NCBI RefSeq assembly: GCF_006345805.1
Contig: NC_043000.1
Location: 135,346,001-135,410,000, forward strand
From: Octopus sinensis
Taxonomy: Eukaryota
Reading direction: 5' to 3'
Length of the DNA stretch: 64,000 nt
Below, piece by piece: positions 13,058 through 27,533 of this stretch. Position 1 is the stretch's first letter, and the number at the start of each line of letters is the position of its first letter. A program made the position numbers and the translations under genes. Under the pieces are notes generated by a model, which saw only the letters and a list, made by a program, of their open reading frames with translations, did not search any database and was not told the origin of the DNA.

Positions 13058-13444
13058 TCTTTATATATAAAAGTCAAGTTGTGTGTCAGTCTCCTACGAT
13101 TTAGATTCCTAACTACTCCCACATTTTGCGGTGCAGTTTAACCAAAACCGAGTATCTTATAGTCGTGATTCATATCGAGCCCTTCTGGGTATTAGCGCGC
13201 ATCTACGATGAGTCTACGATTAAAAAAAAAATTACCATCATTTTTTTCCATTTTAATGCATTTTTTACGCTATTATATAAGGGAAGTAACTCTCTAAAAA
13301 TGTCTACGATGAGACAACGATTTTTAAATAAATTTATCATCATTTTTTTCCCATTTTTAATGCATTTTTTGGCTATAACTCTCTAAAAATGCTTATATTG
13401 TTATTTCCCTTACAAACCCGAGCAACGCCGGGCGATACTGCTAG
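13058..13444 (+). mobile_element. Non-autonomous Helitron
   Basis: A|TC start, 3' hairpin CCCGAGCAACGCCGGG, CTAG|T end, no TSD. The 3' end is shared with 28200 and 29522. Confidence 0.85.
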
Positions 13445-13750
13445 TTTCATATAAAGGAACAATATTTCATAGTCGAACTTGGTACCATTGTCCCTGCCAG
13501 GTTTAGATAAACGCTTTACCTTCTCCTCCTACACCTCTCCTTTCTTATCCTTCAACTCCTCTCTCTACTCATCACCTCACTCTTCACCACACTCGACTTC
13601 GCCCACTTCTCCTCACTTCATTCTCCCTTCTTTCTTACCATCTCACCCCGATTCTCTCTTCTACTATTTCCTCTTCACATATGAAGCTTCTGTGGTCCTG
13701 CATTCCTTATCAGTCGTACTCAATTTTTCTAACTTAGAGGCTGCAAAGCT

Positions 13751-14291
13751 ACAGTGAATTGGCTGCGGAGAGTGGAAAATCCAACGCTTAGGACAGAGCC
13801 TTCTTCAGAGAAATATTGACAGAGGACAGATTAATAAGACACAACAGAGTTTTGGGATCTTTTCACTTTGACCGGCTGATTTAAAAAATAATTAAATCTG
13901 CTGTTATAAAATGAATTAACTACATATTTAATATACACCGACCGAACTTCTTGTTGACAAACAATAGCAGTAATTGTATTCACCTCAATAGATGTCATTG
14001 ATTGGTTGAAATTGCCGAAATAGGAGAAATTTAACAACAAATAGCTTACAAATTACAGAATTTTCTCAAGAACGCCAAGAGAAAATTGATGTTTTATGTG
14101 ACACATTCTACCAGTATACGAAGTTTAAAAGTGTTTAGTTACAAAAAATTATTTTTTAAATCTGCCGGTCAAAGTGAAAAGATCCCAAAACTCTGTTGTG
14201 TCTTATTAATCTGTCCTCTGTCAATATTTCTCTGAAGAAGGCTCTGTCCTAAGCGTTGGATTTTCCACTCTCCGCAGCAAGTTCACTGTAG
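13751..14291. repeat. Long inverted repeat (about 140-bp arms) enclosing a MITE-like core 13855-14187
   Basis: 13751-13893 is the reverse complement of 14147-14291. The inner ends GGGATCTTTTCACTTTGACCGGC look like TIRs. Confidence 0.85.
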
Positions 14292-14684
14292 TCTTTGTGT
14301 CAATTTTACTAAATAATACAAGTCTTGCCGACGTAGACCAAGACCAGGCTCTTTGGAGTCTGATCATATATAACCACAGCGCATATGATCCCATATATGT
14401 AAATATTTACTTAAGTATCAAACAAATCATATTTACAGAAACACGTACGTAGAAAGTATATAAATAACATAGAATTATTTATTTAAAAATTTTTATATTT
14501 GGATAGCGTAATATTATTCTTCTGTCGTATTTTGTGAAACAGCAGAATTAAGAAAAATATAAAACATATTGTTGTCATGAATACATATCACAAGTAACCA
14601 TGACAACAAAAAACAAAGACAGACGATTTTGCATAAATACGTCATAATGTTTCAAAGAATAAGAAGCGCAACTATGTATGTATG

Positions 14685-14718
<34 letters not shown>

Positions 14719-15990
14719 TGTATGTATGTATGTATGTATGTATGTATATTGTTATAGCGGATTGTTTTATACAAATAATTCTCATTTATTTATATTTGGA
14801 GGAAATTCAAATATATACCATCTTAAAATATCGCGTAGGAAAATTGCTGGTTAGCATGTTACAGATCATCACGTGTACAAAGACATATACACGACTATCA
14901 ACCATTGAAATGAATAAAATTTCTTGAGACATTCGTATTAAGGAAATCTAACTTGATTTGTCTTAGACCAAATAAATTGGAAAACAGAATTTGAAACAAA
15001 GTTATGCAGCAAATCGCAATTAGAATTGATAATTTACGTTAGTTATTTTACATGTAACTATTCTTTTGAGTATGGATACAATGGCTGAATCATCAAGAAG
15101 CTCACAAAATCCCGGCTTCGATGCCACCGTAAATATTGGCGTCTTGTTACCGTAGCTTCGAGTCGAACCACGTTTCACGAATGAATTTGGGTTGACAAAA
15201 ACTGTATGGAATCCTGTCCGATGGATTGTACCAATAATATAAGATTCAACCCTGTTATACTGTGTCAAGATGATTTCATCTGACAATTACATTAAGGGTA
15301 CAAGTATCTATGGAATATTCAAACACTAACATTCAATGAACGAGTCCATTTTTAAATTTATACTTCAGAAATTGAATCTTTTTACTTCCGACCAAAGACA
15401 ATTTAAGCAAGGAATTGTCGCGTTTTACCTAGGCATACAGCACCACGACCGCATTATCCCGTGTCCTTCTCTAGACCTCTAAGGTGTAATTTCAGAGGTA
15501 TTTGGTTGCTATTTTTTATAGGCCGAGGAGTCACGTAAACACAGGCATTTTAACTTAATGTGTAACATACTATACATTTCTTGCATAGGTTAACTTTTAT
15601 GCGACCAGGTGGATGATGCAGAGGATTAGGTATTTGTGAGAATATGAAATACAAATTTGTGTTGGACCTTTCTGTTTTCTATTGGTTGAAAGTGAGAATC
15701 TACCATTAATCCATCAATATCATTATAAGTAACAAGTTTAATGTAGAGCAAACAGGGGTGCTTCAAAGAGGAATATCTTCTAGTCGTTTCACTCCATTGG
15801 ATTTCTGATGGTTATCTTTATAATTGAATGTATTAGTGATACTTTAAATGCATCTTCTTACAGTCTTAGTCTATTTCTGCTTCTGTTTGAATTACTAAAG
15901 CTGTTAAGTACAACCGAGGAAACTCCACCCGGATTTCAGTCAAATCATCATCGGAAAAACATTTATGATTAGTCTAGTGTGTTCTTCCTT

Positions 15991-16176
15991 CCATCCAACC
16001 TTCCATCCATCCATCAGTCCGTCCATCCATCCATCCATCCATCCATCCATCCATCCATCCATCCATCCATCTATTCATCCATTCATCCATCAGTCCGTCC
16101 ATCCATCCATCCATCCATCCATCCGTCCGTCCATCCATCCATCCATCCATCCATCCATCCATCCATCCATCCATCC
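15991..16176. repeat. (CCAT)n microsatellite
   Basis: Directly visible. Confidence 0.95.
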
Positions 16177-16581
16177 ATTTATCCATCGATCCTTTCGTTC
16201 GTCCGTGCTCGTCTGTCTGTCTTTCTGTCTGTCCATTCGTCCGGACGGTCGACTTGTCCGGACTACTGCTACCCTTCTACGCTGAATGTCCTGAATCTCA
16301 ATAGCTGTTTTCTTGATACGCAGTGCCTTCCACAATTTGACTGTTATATATATATATATTTATATATACACTCTTCTTGGGTCTATCATTCTATTAATCC
16401 TTTAATCACTGACTGAATGCTTGATCCAAATACTGACTTGTTATACAAGGACTGAAATTTATAAAAAGATAATTTTGTTTAGCATTAATATCAGTTTTTG
16501 TAGAGTAAACAAAATAAAACAGAATATAAATGATATTGAAGTCCGAAATATGAAAACAAATTTGATATGCACTTCAATACA

Positions 16582-16783
16582 AGGCGGCGAGCTGGCAGAG
16601 TCCTTAGTACGCCGGGCAAAATGCTCAGTTGCATTTCGTCCGTCATTACGTTCTGAGTTCAAATTCCACAAAGGTTGACTTTACCTTTTATCGTTGCAGG
16701 GGCGATAAAATTAGTACTAGAGTTGGCTTAATCGACTGACCCCTTCCCCCGAAATTTCTGGCCTTGTTCCAAAATTTGAAACC
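16582..16783 (+). mobile_element. tRNA-derived SINE, family B (Meta-domain-like)
   Basis: GGCGGCGAGCTGGCAGA head, GAGTTCAAATTCC B box, degenerate CCTTTCATCC..GGGTCGATAAA..AGTAC central block. Confidence 0.8.
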
Positions 16784-16864
16784 CATTTTTACTTCAATAT
16801 TAAATCATATTTTCCAGAAAGAAGTTGAAAAATATGTGACGTTATGTGAGAACAGTGAAACAAT

Positions 16865-17220
16865 ATTCTTTTATTCTTTTACTTGTTTCAGTCATTTGAC
16901 TGCGGCCATACTGGAGCACTGCCTTTAGTCGAGCAAATCGACCCCAGGACTTATTCTTTGTAAGTCTAGTACTTATTCTATCGGTCTCTTTTGTCGAATC
17001 GCTAAGTTACGGGGACATAAACACACCAACATCAGTTGTCAAGTGATGTTGGGGAACACACACACACACGACGGGTTTATTTCAGTTTCCGTCTACCAAA
17101 TCCACTCACAATGCTTTAGTCGGCCCGAGGCTATAGTAGAAGACACTTGCCCAAGGTGCCACGCAGTGGGACTGAACCCAGAATCATATGGTTGTTAAGC
17201 AAGCTACTTACCACACAGCC
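16865..17220 (-). mobile_element. SINE family A
   Basis: Reverse complement of the family A copies. Confidence 0.92.
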
Positions 17221-17542
17221 GGAGACGAGGTCGATTTTTGCCTTTCATTATTTTGGGGTCGATCATATTATAATTACCATTTGTACTAAAATTGCTGGTA
17301 TTCTGCTAACATTAGAAAGAATTTAAATATTTAGATTTTTATTTTTATGCGGTATTTCACGAAAACTCAGCCACATTGTCATGAAGACATGTTAGAAGTA
17401 ACAAACCCGATTTACCTTGAAGACAAAACACGCTGTCATGTTTGAAATTATTATCAATGCGATTAATGAAATCTATGACTGAATTTGTTAAAATGATTTC
17501 TCATCATTTTCTTATATTTTGAGAGAATTCAAAAATATTTCT

Positions 17543-18308
17543 AGACCTGGGTATTTACATGAGTGATGATGCAACCTTTCATGTGCATGTTGCTAAATTG
17601 GCAATGAAATGTAGGCAGCTGACCGGATGGATTCTTAGAACCTTTAGAACAAGAGACCAGGAAACCATGATGGTCCTCTGGAGGACACTTGTCCTAAGCC
17701 ACTTTGACTATTGCTCTCAGCTATGGTCACCATCCAGTGTCAAGTTAATCACAGAACTTGAGGCGATCCAACGAAGCTACACGAAGAGATAGCTTCTGTG
17801 CAGCATATAAGCTATTGGGAAAGACTCAAGAGATTGAAAACTCTATTCCTTAGAGCGTAGGCGAGAAAGATATGCCATAATATACATCTGGAAGATCTAG
17901 AAGGACTTGTCCCAAACTTTGGCATCGAGAGTTACACAAATGCCAGAACTGGGCGCCACTGCATAGTGCCAAGGACTCCAAATTTGCCATCAAGATGTAG
18001 GACAAGATACTGTGATAGCCTGGGCTTCCGAGGCCCACAGCTCTTCAATATCCTCCCGAAGAACCTAAGAGACCTGTATGGGGTGGATGCAGATGTCTTT
18101 AAAATAAAACTGGATCTCTTCTTGTCAGGTGTCCCAGATGAACCAACATCACGGCAGGAGGTGCAGATGAGGGCAGCTGCATCGAACTCTCTCATGCACC
18201 AAATGGCAATTGCTAAAAAGCATTCGTGAAGTAAAATCATGTAGCAACACCAAATGGCGGTGCCCCAGCATGGCCACAGCTTGTGAGCTGAAACTAGATA
18301 AAAAAAAA
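17543..18308 (+). mobile_element. CR1/L2-group LINE, 5'-truncated 3' end
   Basis: DLGIYMSDDATF...GWILRTF..LVLSHFDYCSQLWSP..LEAIQR..SYWERLK..YSLERRRERY..GPQLFNILP..FKIKLDLFLSGVPDEP, then a 3'UTR and A-tail. Confidence 0.9.
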
Positions 18309-19204
18309 TTCGTTTCTATAAAATATAACTATTATAAAATATTGCCTTTTCATCTAGGATATTATGACGTTTTACTTTACTAGTCGTTGGGCACCGAATT
18401 TAACATAATTTCAAATTTCATTTGAAATTGATGTAAACGTTTATTTTTTGGTACCACATTAACGGTAGGGCCGTAAATAAACTTAATCCTAGTGTACAAT
18501 AAACAGTCCAACGAGGGGAAGAGAGCAGTGAAGGGAAGTGTTCATGTTATATTTATTTTAGGCTCAATCTGTACAGAATATATATTTCTAGCATGGCGCA
18601 GTTTACTCGACAAATAACATGACATCATAATGAAATGTTACATTTAACGGTAGCATTAAATCCAGTGTAATTCAAAATGATATTATGTAACATTTTAAAC
18701 GGGGTTTTTGTTAACTCAGACGAAACTCTGTAAACAAAAGTATATTAAATGGATTGCTAAATGAGTCTTTCTTACCAAATATAACCACATTTCAGTTTTA
18801 TTTTGACAGAATAAGTAAAATATTATCCTTTACTGCGGAAATTGAATAATACTTCTATTTTACAACTTTGGTAATAAACGCAAAAGTTTCCATCTAATAT
18901 GGTGTGGTTCAGTTACAGTATTACACTGAAAAGAAGAAAAGAAATGAACGAAAACAAAGGCGAACAAAGGCAAACAAAACTTTTCAACAATTCACATTAA
19001 TTTTACTTAAGTTTCTAAAACAAATTTAAGACACGAGTTATATGTTGGCACCAATCTTTTTACTGTATTTTAAACAAAACATTATATGTTGGTAGCTTAA
19101 CGATACATTACCTCTTACGTTGTTGTAGGTAAATTATTGTCTGCGTGCCATTTCTATTATTACATCTTTAGCAACAGATCTTGACTGTTGTTGCTATACG
19201 TACG

Positions 19205-20010
<806 letters not shown>

Positions 20011-20802
20011 GTACACACACACGAATACACACACTCACATATGTATATATGCATACAGTTCAGTCAGAGAGAAATGCAGTACACTTTTTCCAGTTCTTCT
20101 CGAGTTCCGAGACCGGGGGGAGAGAATAGATGAAGTTATCCTGTAATTAGGTAATTGACCACCGCCACAAAATGCAGACCACAAAGAACCAGAACAAATA
20201 CTGCAATGCTCAATTCCACCAATTCACCGCCCTCTCGTAGCACTGTATTTCATTAAGTTCCTAAAGATGAACGGTAAAGTTGACCACAGAGCTAAAAGAA
20301 AGAATTTAATGTGGACAACGATGTAAATTTCAATAATTAAAATAAAGAGTGCTGTGCTGAAAGTTGCTTCCAATAAATTTCCCTATCCATATCATAATGA
20401 AATCCGTGTTTCTCTGCTCATCCACCCGTTCATTTGTCCTTCCGTCCGTCACACACTATCCTTATTTATTTTGAGAAACGGAATAAAAAAATTATAATTA
20501 AAAAAAAAACAAAAACAAAAAAAAAACAAGGAAGGTCGATTTTAGGCAGAGCAGAAATATTATTTCGCCCAAGGACGTCCTTACGAAATGAAAAATAGAA
20601 GAAAAACCTTCCTAGGTTACATAAATATTTGTGTATAGATACACACATTAAAGATCATTTTGTACTTTGAAATTTTTTTCAATGGCTTTAGCAGCAAGAT
20701 GACTAACTTTATTCGTACTTCATCCAGTTATACGTATACGTATATATTGCTCTGCCAATATACAATGTGAGATTAGTATAGAAAACTGATAACATCTGTA
20801 AA

Positions 20803-20882
<80 letters not shown>

Positions 20883-20989
20883 TGTGCATGTGTGTAATAT
20901 AGAGAAATAAGTTTACTGATCTGAGTGTGATTTGAGATTTGAAAGTGAGGTAAATACAAAAATATATGCCCGCGCACATGAACAAAGAT

Positions 20990-21392
20990 ATTAGCCATAC
21001 AGGGCTGAACACAGACGGGACAAATTACAAAGTAAAGCTTTTCTTTTTGGGGAGAGAAAAAAAGAAAAGAAAGAAAAGTGGGGTAGGTTTTCGATCAAAA
21101 GGGATCGTAAAAAGGAAAGAGAAAAAAAAGAAAAAAAGGATCAATAGAGATCTTGTATTACAGAAATGTCATGATGTAAAGTGTAAAGGGGGAATCAGAT
21201 AAGGTTTATCCGTGGAGGGAAAAGCCTACGGAAAAGACCACGGTAACCTCGGTCAATAATGTCAGAAGTTAACGCATTTATTTGCCAGTAAGTAACTCTC
21301 TTTTTAAAATTTTTCCGGGTTCATAAGATTATGCTCAAGGTGGCTTCGTCATTCATACGTGCTCTCCTTGCTACATTCACCCATTTTTTTTT
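20990..21392 (-). mobile_element. LINE 3' end (L1/Tx1-like by inference)
   Basis: Minus strand ORF end KKWVNVARRARMNDEATLSIIL-stop, then a T-rich 3'UTR matching 28060-28180. Clade assignment is tentative. Confidence 0.55.
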
Positions 21393-21426
21393 TAAACATA
21401 AAGCTAGATAAATAGGTAGGTAGACG

Positions 21427-21477
<51 letters not shown>

Positions 21478-21770
21478 TTTGAAACTTCCTTCAATATGTT
21501 TCATGTAAAACTTATTCTCATCAGGATTGAAACGATCTTTACTTCAGTAATCACGAACTGTGAGAATGTGAAAGAAAAAAGAAAAGAGAAGAAATAGAAA
21601 GAAAAATAAAACAGGAGATGGGTGAGAAAAATAAGCGTGAGACAGATGGAGAAAGAGTGAAAGATAGAATAAGAAAGATTTGAATATTATTTGAAAGTTA
21701 TTTTCATGATTATGATCCACGGCATATTCTAATGCATATTTTTGAAAATTCCCTAAAGAAGAAGACTATG

Positions 21771-22250
21771 ATTTTGTTGGAAGAGGTCAGAATATTATCG
21801 AAACATGTCAAAAGTTGTCTTTTATACTTGCTAGAAAATTGAAAATTATATTAGTCATTAACTGATGTTGTTTCTTCTTCCCCACAGCACGTTTATATCT
21901 ACTTAACTATTTAAGGCTCTCTGCCTTATATGTGCAAACATTAACTTATAACTTTAAAATTTTTTATGTCACGACTGTATTATTTAATTTTTAAATATTC
22001 ATTTTCTTTAGCAATTAATGTACTGCTCCCTATTTTTATTCAATGATTACTTCATCATTACTTCGTCAAGTACAATGAAGGCCATGCTGCGTTGAAGAGG
22101 TCAGAAGTAGCTGGAAACATGTTGAAAGTTGCCTCCCATATTTACCAGGAAATTAAAAATAATATTAATCCTTTACATACATTTACTAATATTTTTCTCG
22201 GCGCGTAAATATTTCTAGTTAGCTTTCCAATGCTTCCTGCAGGAATAAGT
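21771..22250 (+). repeat. Diverged direct repeat, 314-bp period, each unit with a hammerhead relic
   Basis: GAAGAGGTCAGAA at 21780 and 22094; GAAACATGT at 21800 and 22114; similarity continues downstream. Confidence 0.6.
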
Positions 22251-22961
22251 ACGATTTGATCCTTAATCCGGCAAAAACAATCTGAAAACAACATTGAAGG
22301 GTTATAACTTACATTCCACTTTGTGACTTTTCAAACAATTTGATATTTGGTTACTAAGCCCTCTACAGCAGTAGTGGAAAATAACGAGATTGATAGATAG
22401 ATAGATAGATTGATAGATAGAGAGAGAGTGAAGAACCCAGTTGTACTTTTGTAGTTAAACCAAAGAGAGGGTACAAAACCGGAAAACGATTTGGTAGTGG
22501 GTATGTATGTTTCTTTGAACGAGTGTTTAAAATGCTATAAAACAAGATATTCATGTTCTTATCAACTACACTATTAAATTGTTTAAAATATTTATGTCAC
22601 AAAACGGTAGAAAATACGTAAAAAAAAACGTAAAAAGAATCCATAACGAAAATCTAGATTGCACCATAAAAACCGGGTGTTGATAAATTCTGGTTGATGT
22701 AGTGCAATGTAAAGTTTTCATCATACATAACATAATTTCTTTCACATTTTACATAGCTTTACGACATAGTAATAAAATAGTTTTTAGATAATTTTTAGAT
22801 CTTATGTCAGTTTATTATCACGTGTTATGCGATTAGTTCAATTCATACAGATGGAGTGTGACGTGTTAGCTATGTTATAAGCCAAGTTTCATAAAAAATG
22901 AACTCGTCTTATCTCGTTGTCTTGTGTCGCACTACGCCTTCTTTTATATAAATATATATAA

Positions 22962-23379
22962 TAGGCGCAGGAGTGGCTGTGTGGTAAGTAGCTTGCTAAC
23001 CAACCACATGGTTCCGGGTTCAGTCCCACTGCGTGGCATCTTGGGAAAGTGTCTTCTGCTATAGCCCCGGGCCGACCAATGCCTTGTGAGTGGATTTGGT
23101 AGACGGAAACTGAAAGAAGCCTGTCGTATATATGTATATATATATATATAAGTGTGTGTGTATATGTTTGTGTGTCTGTGTTTGTCCCCCTAGCATTGCT
23201 TGACAACCGATGCTGGTGTGTTTACGTCCCCCGTAACTTAGCGGTTCGGCAAAAGAGACCGATAGAATATGTTACTGGGCTTACAAAGAATAAGTCCCGG
23301 GGTCGATTTGCTCGACTAAAGGCGGTGCTCCAGCATGGCCGCAGTCAAATGACTGAAACAAGTAAAAGAGTAAAGAGAG
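22962..23379 (+). mobile_element. SINE family A (full length)
   Basis: Complete head-to-tail copy. Confidence 0.95.
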
Positions 23380-23521
23380 TATATATTCAGAAGAAAAAAA
23401 CAAACAAACGAATAGAACTGTTCGTAAACAAGTTCTTATTGTTCTTGCTTAAACTCAGGCCTACTCTGATCAAGCAGACCTTTGATCAAAGGCTTTTCCA
23501 GCCTTTTTAGCCATATAGCGT

Positions 23522-23709
23522 GACTGTGTGGTTAAGAAGCCTCTTTCCAACCACGTGGTTTTGGGTTCAGCTCAACTGCGTGGAACCTTGGGCAAGTGTC
23601 TTCTAATACGGTGATGTGATATATTAGAAGACACTTGTCCAAGGTTCCACGCAATTGAGCTGAACCCAAAACCACGTGGTTGGAAACAGGCCTCTTAAGC
23701 ACACAGTCT
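23522..23709. repeat. Fold-back of a SINE A head
   Basis: About 87-bp arms (GACTGTGTGGTTAAG...TCTTCTAATA and its reverse complement) around a short spacer. Confidence 0.85.
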
Positions 23710-23867
23710 GTATATGCTTTATTTTGTACATGAGTGTCCTGACGTGTAATACGTTTTTGCCTAAAGTGCAGAAAAATAAAAGTAGGAGGATGAATGTATT
23801 AATATCTCTAAATCCATCCATCCATCCATCCATCCATCCATCCATCCATCCATCCATCAATCTATCC

Positions 23868-23995
<128 letters not shown>

Positions 23996-24052
23996 GCCTG
24001 CCTGCCTGCCTGTCTGTCTGTCTGTCTGTCTGTCTGTATGTATGTATGTATG

Positions 24053-24088
<36 letters not shown>

Positions 24089-24296
24089 CGTGTGTGAATA
24101 TTGAATGCGTACACACATACATGTGTGTATATATATATACAACTATCTACATGCATATATAGATTCATGTGAAGCTGTTTGTAGTCAACATGGTGTAAAA
24201 TATAATTAGATTTATTCGGCTTCAGTCGAATAAAGATAATTATACTCTTCATCATGTATTAAGTACTCTAACTCTCGTATGTTGTAAAGAGCGTGA

Positions 24297-24327
<31 letters not shown>

Positions 24328-24347
24328 TTTATGTATGTATGTATGTA

Positions 24348-24379
<32 letters not shown>

Positions 24380-24489
24380 CATATGAATGTGTATGTATGA
24401 GTATGTATATAAGTATGTATGTATATATGCATGTGTGTGTATATGCGCATGCACTTACATGGAGAGAGAGAGAGAGAGCAGAGCTAGGG

Positions 24490-24532
<43 letters not shown>

Positions 24533-25692
24533 TATGTGTGTCTTTGATTTAAACGTGTGCTCGTATAAGTTCGTATCGATTACTCAAAAGGCGCCGGAAA
24601 TTTTCAGATAGCATCTAATTCAAAAGAGATATTTGAAAAATAAGAAATGCAGTAAGACTATCGGCCAACGCACCAAATAACTCGGGGAAAAAAATAGTCT
24701 TAACATATTTTTTAAATATCGCGTGCCCACATGTAACACGTCTTAGATTTCATGCATGCTCTTTTTTCCTTCGTTTGAAGCACGACAGGACCTTTCAGAA
24801 AATAAGCTTCAGCGAAAATCTCATCCAAAAATTCAACGTTACTAATTACATTAGTCTGTGCATATTTCTAATAGTCACCACTATGAATTTCTGCCAGATT
24901 GCAGAGATATATAAAGCTCACCACGCTACTCAAAGAATTAGCCACTCCTTTTGAGTCACTGCACATCATTTCACTTGATTTCACACCGTCCCCACATTTC
25001 GCCCCCATATCAAAACATCATACAGATATTTCATCAAAGAAACTTGCAAATGATTATTTTGTAAGATTATTAAATCTTGTATTTAAATATTTTCTTCTAT
25101 TAAAGTATGATTATGGTATTTACCACAAATTCAATATGGTTGTGTACGATGCGTATATCTGAGATGTGTTTGTGTGTCGTTTCTATGTGTCGTGTGTGTG
25201 TTTAGGCGCCAGACTTGATTGTGTAGAGATGAAGTTCATTTCACAACCACATGAAGTCAAGTTATAACCGCATGGTTTCAATGTATGTATGTATGTATGT
25301 ATGTATGTATGTATGTATGTATGTATGTATGTATGTATGTATGTATTATGTGTGTATGTATGTGTGTGTGCGTGTGTGTGTGTATTTATAAAGTCATACA
25401 AATATACATAAATACGTAGAAATTCTAGGTTTTTCAAAGAAAGAGCAGTATGTAGATGCTTCAAATCCAATCTATTAGCAGCACTGTGAAGATTTCTAAG
25501 ACATTCCAAAGATTATCCATTTAAGAATTTTTTTTACATCGACGTCTGCATCTACAATTCGGCCAACATATCAACTCCATCACATTTTTACACTGGGAAT
25601 TCTCTTAACTCGAGTTTTGTCGCTTTGTTATGTGACCGGCTGAGGAACTTGAAGAAAACTGAAAAAAATTCATACATAGACACACACACACA

Positions 25693-25759
<67 letters not shown>

Positions 25760-26104
25760 CACACCTACCTATCTACCTACCTACCTACATACATACATAT
25801 AATATGGAGGAGGAAATGTCTCTCTATAAAAGTAAACGCTTGGTGACTATCTCTCTTTGCCATTGGTCATCGAGCTTCGACCGCGCCGCCAACTTGCGGT
25901 CACCAAAGGACCACGAAGGTAAACGATTGTCTCTCTTCGGTTTTGGCTACTGGCTTCCAGCTGTAGCGTCGCCTTGCAGATTCAAAAAAGCCAGCGGGAA
26001 TCTTAAAATGCAAGCATGGCCCGAAAATCTCCGTCCTGGAGTTCAGGATGCTCCCTGGCACGATCAAGTCTTTTAGGATTCTCGTGCGTTAGGCAATGCA
26101 TCAC

Positions 26105-26697
26105 TTGCATTACCTTACTTGTTTTTCTAAAATGTACCATAAATGTTCAATAATATTGAGATCTGGGGACTGTGGTGGACAGATAAGATGTTCAACTTCC
26201 CTAGAATGTTCTTCGTACCATTCAGTAACAACTTTAGCTGTGTGAATTGGTGCATCATCATCCTGAAAGATTGCGTTTCCCTCCAGAAACAGTTCCGCAA
26301 CCATAGGATGAATTTAATCTGATAAAATGCTTAAATAGTATTGACTATTAATTCTGCTATGAAGGGAAACCATTGGGCCGGCGGATTTCCAAGATATAGC
26401 CCCCCCTCCTCCAGATTATCACAGATCCTACTCCATGTTTACACAGTTGGAAGAAAGCAGTTTGGTTAAAACGCTTCTTTTGGTTTTTTCCACTCGTATA
26501 CTCGGCAGGTGGTCGGAAATAGAGTAAAGGATGGCTTGTCCGAGATAATAACATTCTTCCACTGCTCTAGGAACCAATTCTGTAGGTTTTTATTCCACTT
26601 TAAACGCTTTGCAACGTTTGTTTTTGAAAGTAGCGGTTTTCTGATTGAAGCCCTCCTGTGAAATCTAGCTTTGTGCAGCTCCCGGCGAACAGTTTTT
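26105..26697 (-). mobile_element. Tc1 (DD34E) transposase fragment
   Basis: KTVRRELH..RKPLLSKTNVAKRLKW..WKNVIISD..GSVIIW..IFQDDDAPIHTAKVV..PPQSPDLNIIEHLW. Confidence 0.9.
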
Positions 26698-26745
26698 GTA
26701 CCTACCTACCTACCTACCTACCTACCTACCTACCTACCTACCTAC

Positions 26746-26776
<31 letters not shown>

Positions 26777-26861
26777 CATACATACATACATACATACATA
26801 CATACATTCATACATACATACATACATACATACATACATACATAAATACATACATGCATAG

Positions 26862-27037
26862 GGAGAATTCACAAAAAACAAAACAAAACACGAAGACAGG
26901 TGGTGTAGACAACAAACAGATGTATTAGTGTTTAACGCTCGGGAAGTGAAAAAGCCTTTAACGTTTCGAGCTTACGCTCTTTCACAGAAAGGAACACAGA
27001 AAGAATCAAGGAGAAAATAATGTGTAGTGGCTAGTGA
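26862..27037 (-). mobile_element. Short Penelope-type terminal repeat with degenerate hammerhead (26955-26992)
   Basis: Minus strand CCTTT-CTGTGAA-AGAGC GTAA GCTC-GAAAC GTT-AAAGG, inserted in (TACA)n. Related to 34491 and 52645. Confidence 0.6.
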
Positions 27038-27533
27038 TATACATACATGCATACATACATGCATACATACATGCATACATACATGCATACATACATACAT
27101 ACATACATACATACATACATACATACATACATACATACATACATACATACATACATGCATGCATACATACATACATACATACATACATACATACATACAT
27201 ACATACATACATACATACAAGAAACCGGTGGAATTCTGAAGGGTTTCGCTCGGAAAAACTGAGAACTGAAGTTGCCTATTGTTATTGTGATTGTGGAGGC
27301 GCCGGCGTATGACATGCAAGAGAGATAGACATAAAAATAAGTAAGATAGATGGACAGGTAAATATATATAGAGAGATGGAAGTAGAAGTTGTTACAAGCG
27401 TTACTTGAGATAGTAACAATGAAAGACGGATATGTGTACATATATATATATATGTACACAAATGTGACCTCGTGTGCACCGTTGGCGATTTTTTTCCTCT
27501 GTCTTCCCTTCTCTGGATCTTTCCTTCACCTAT

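Noticed and set aside
22962-23035. tRNA genes
   Set aside because: All tRNA-like sequences are SINE heads without a complete cloverleaf.
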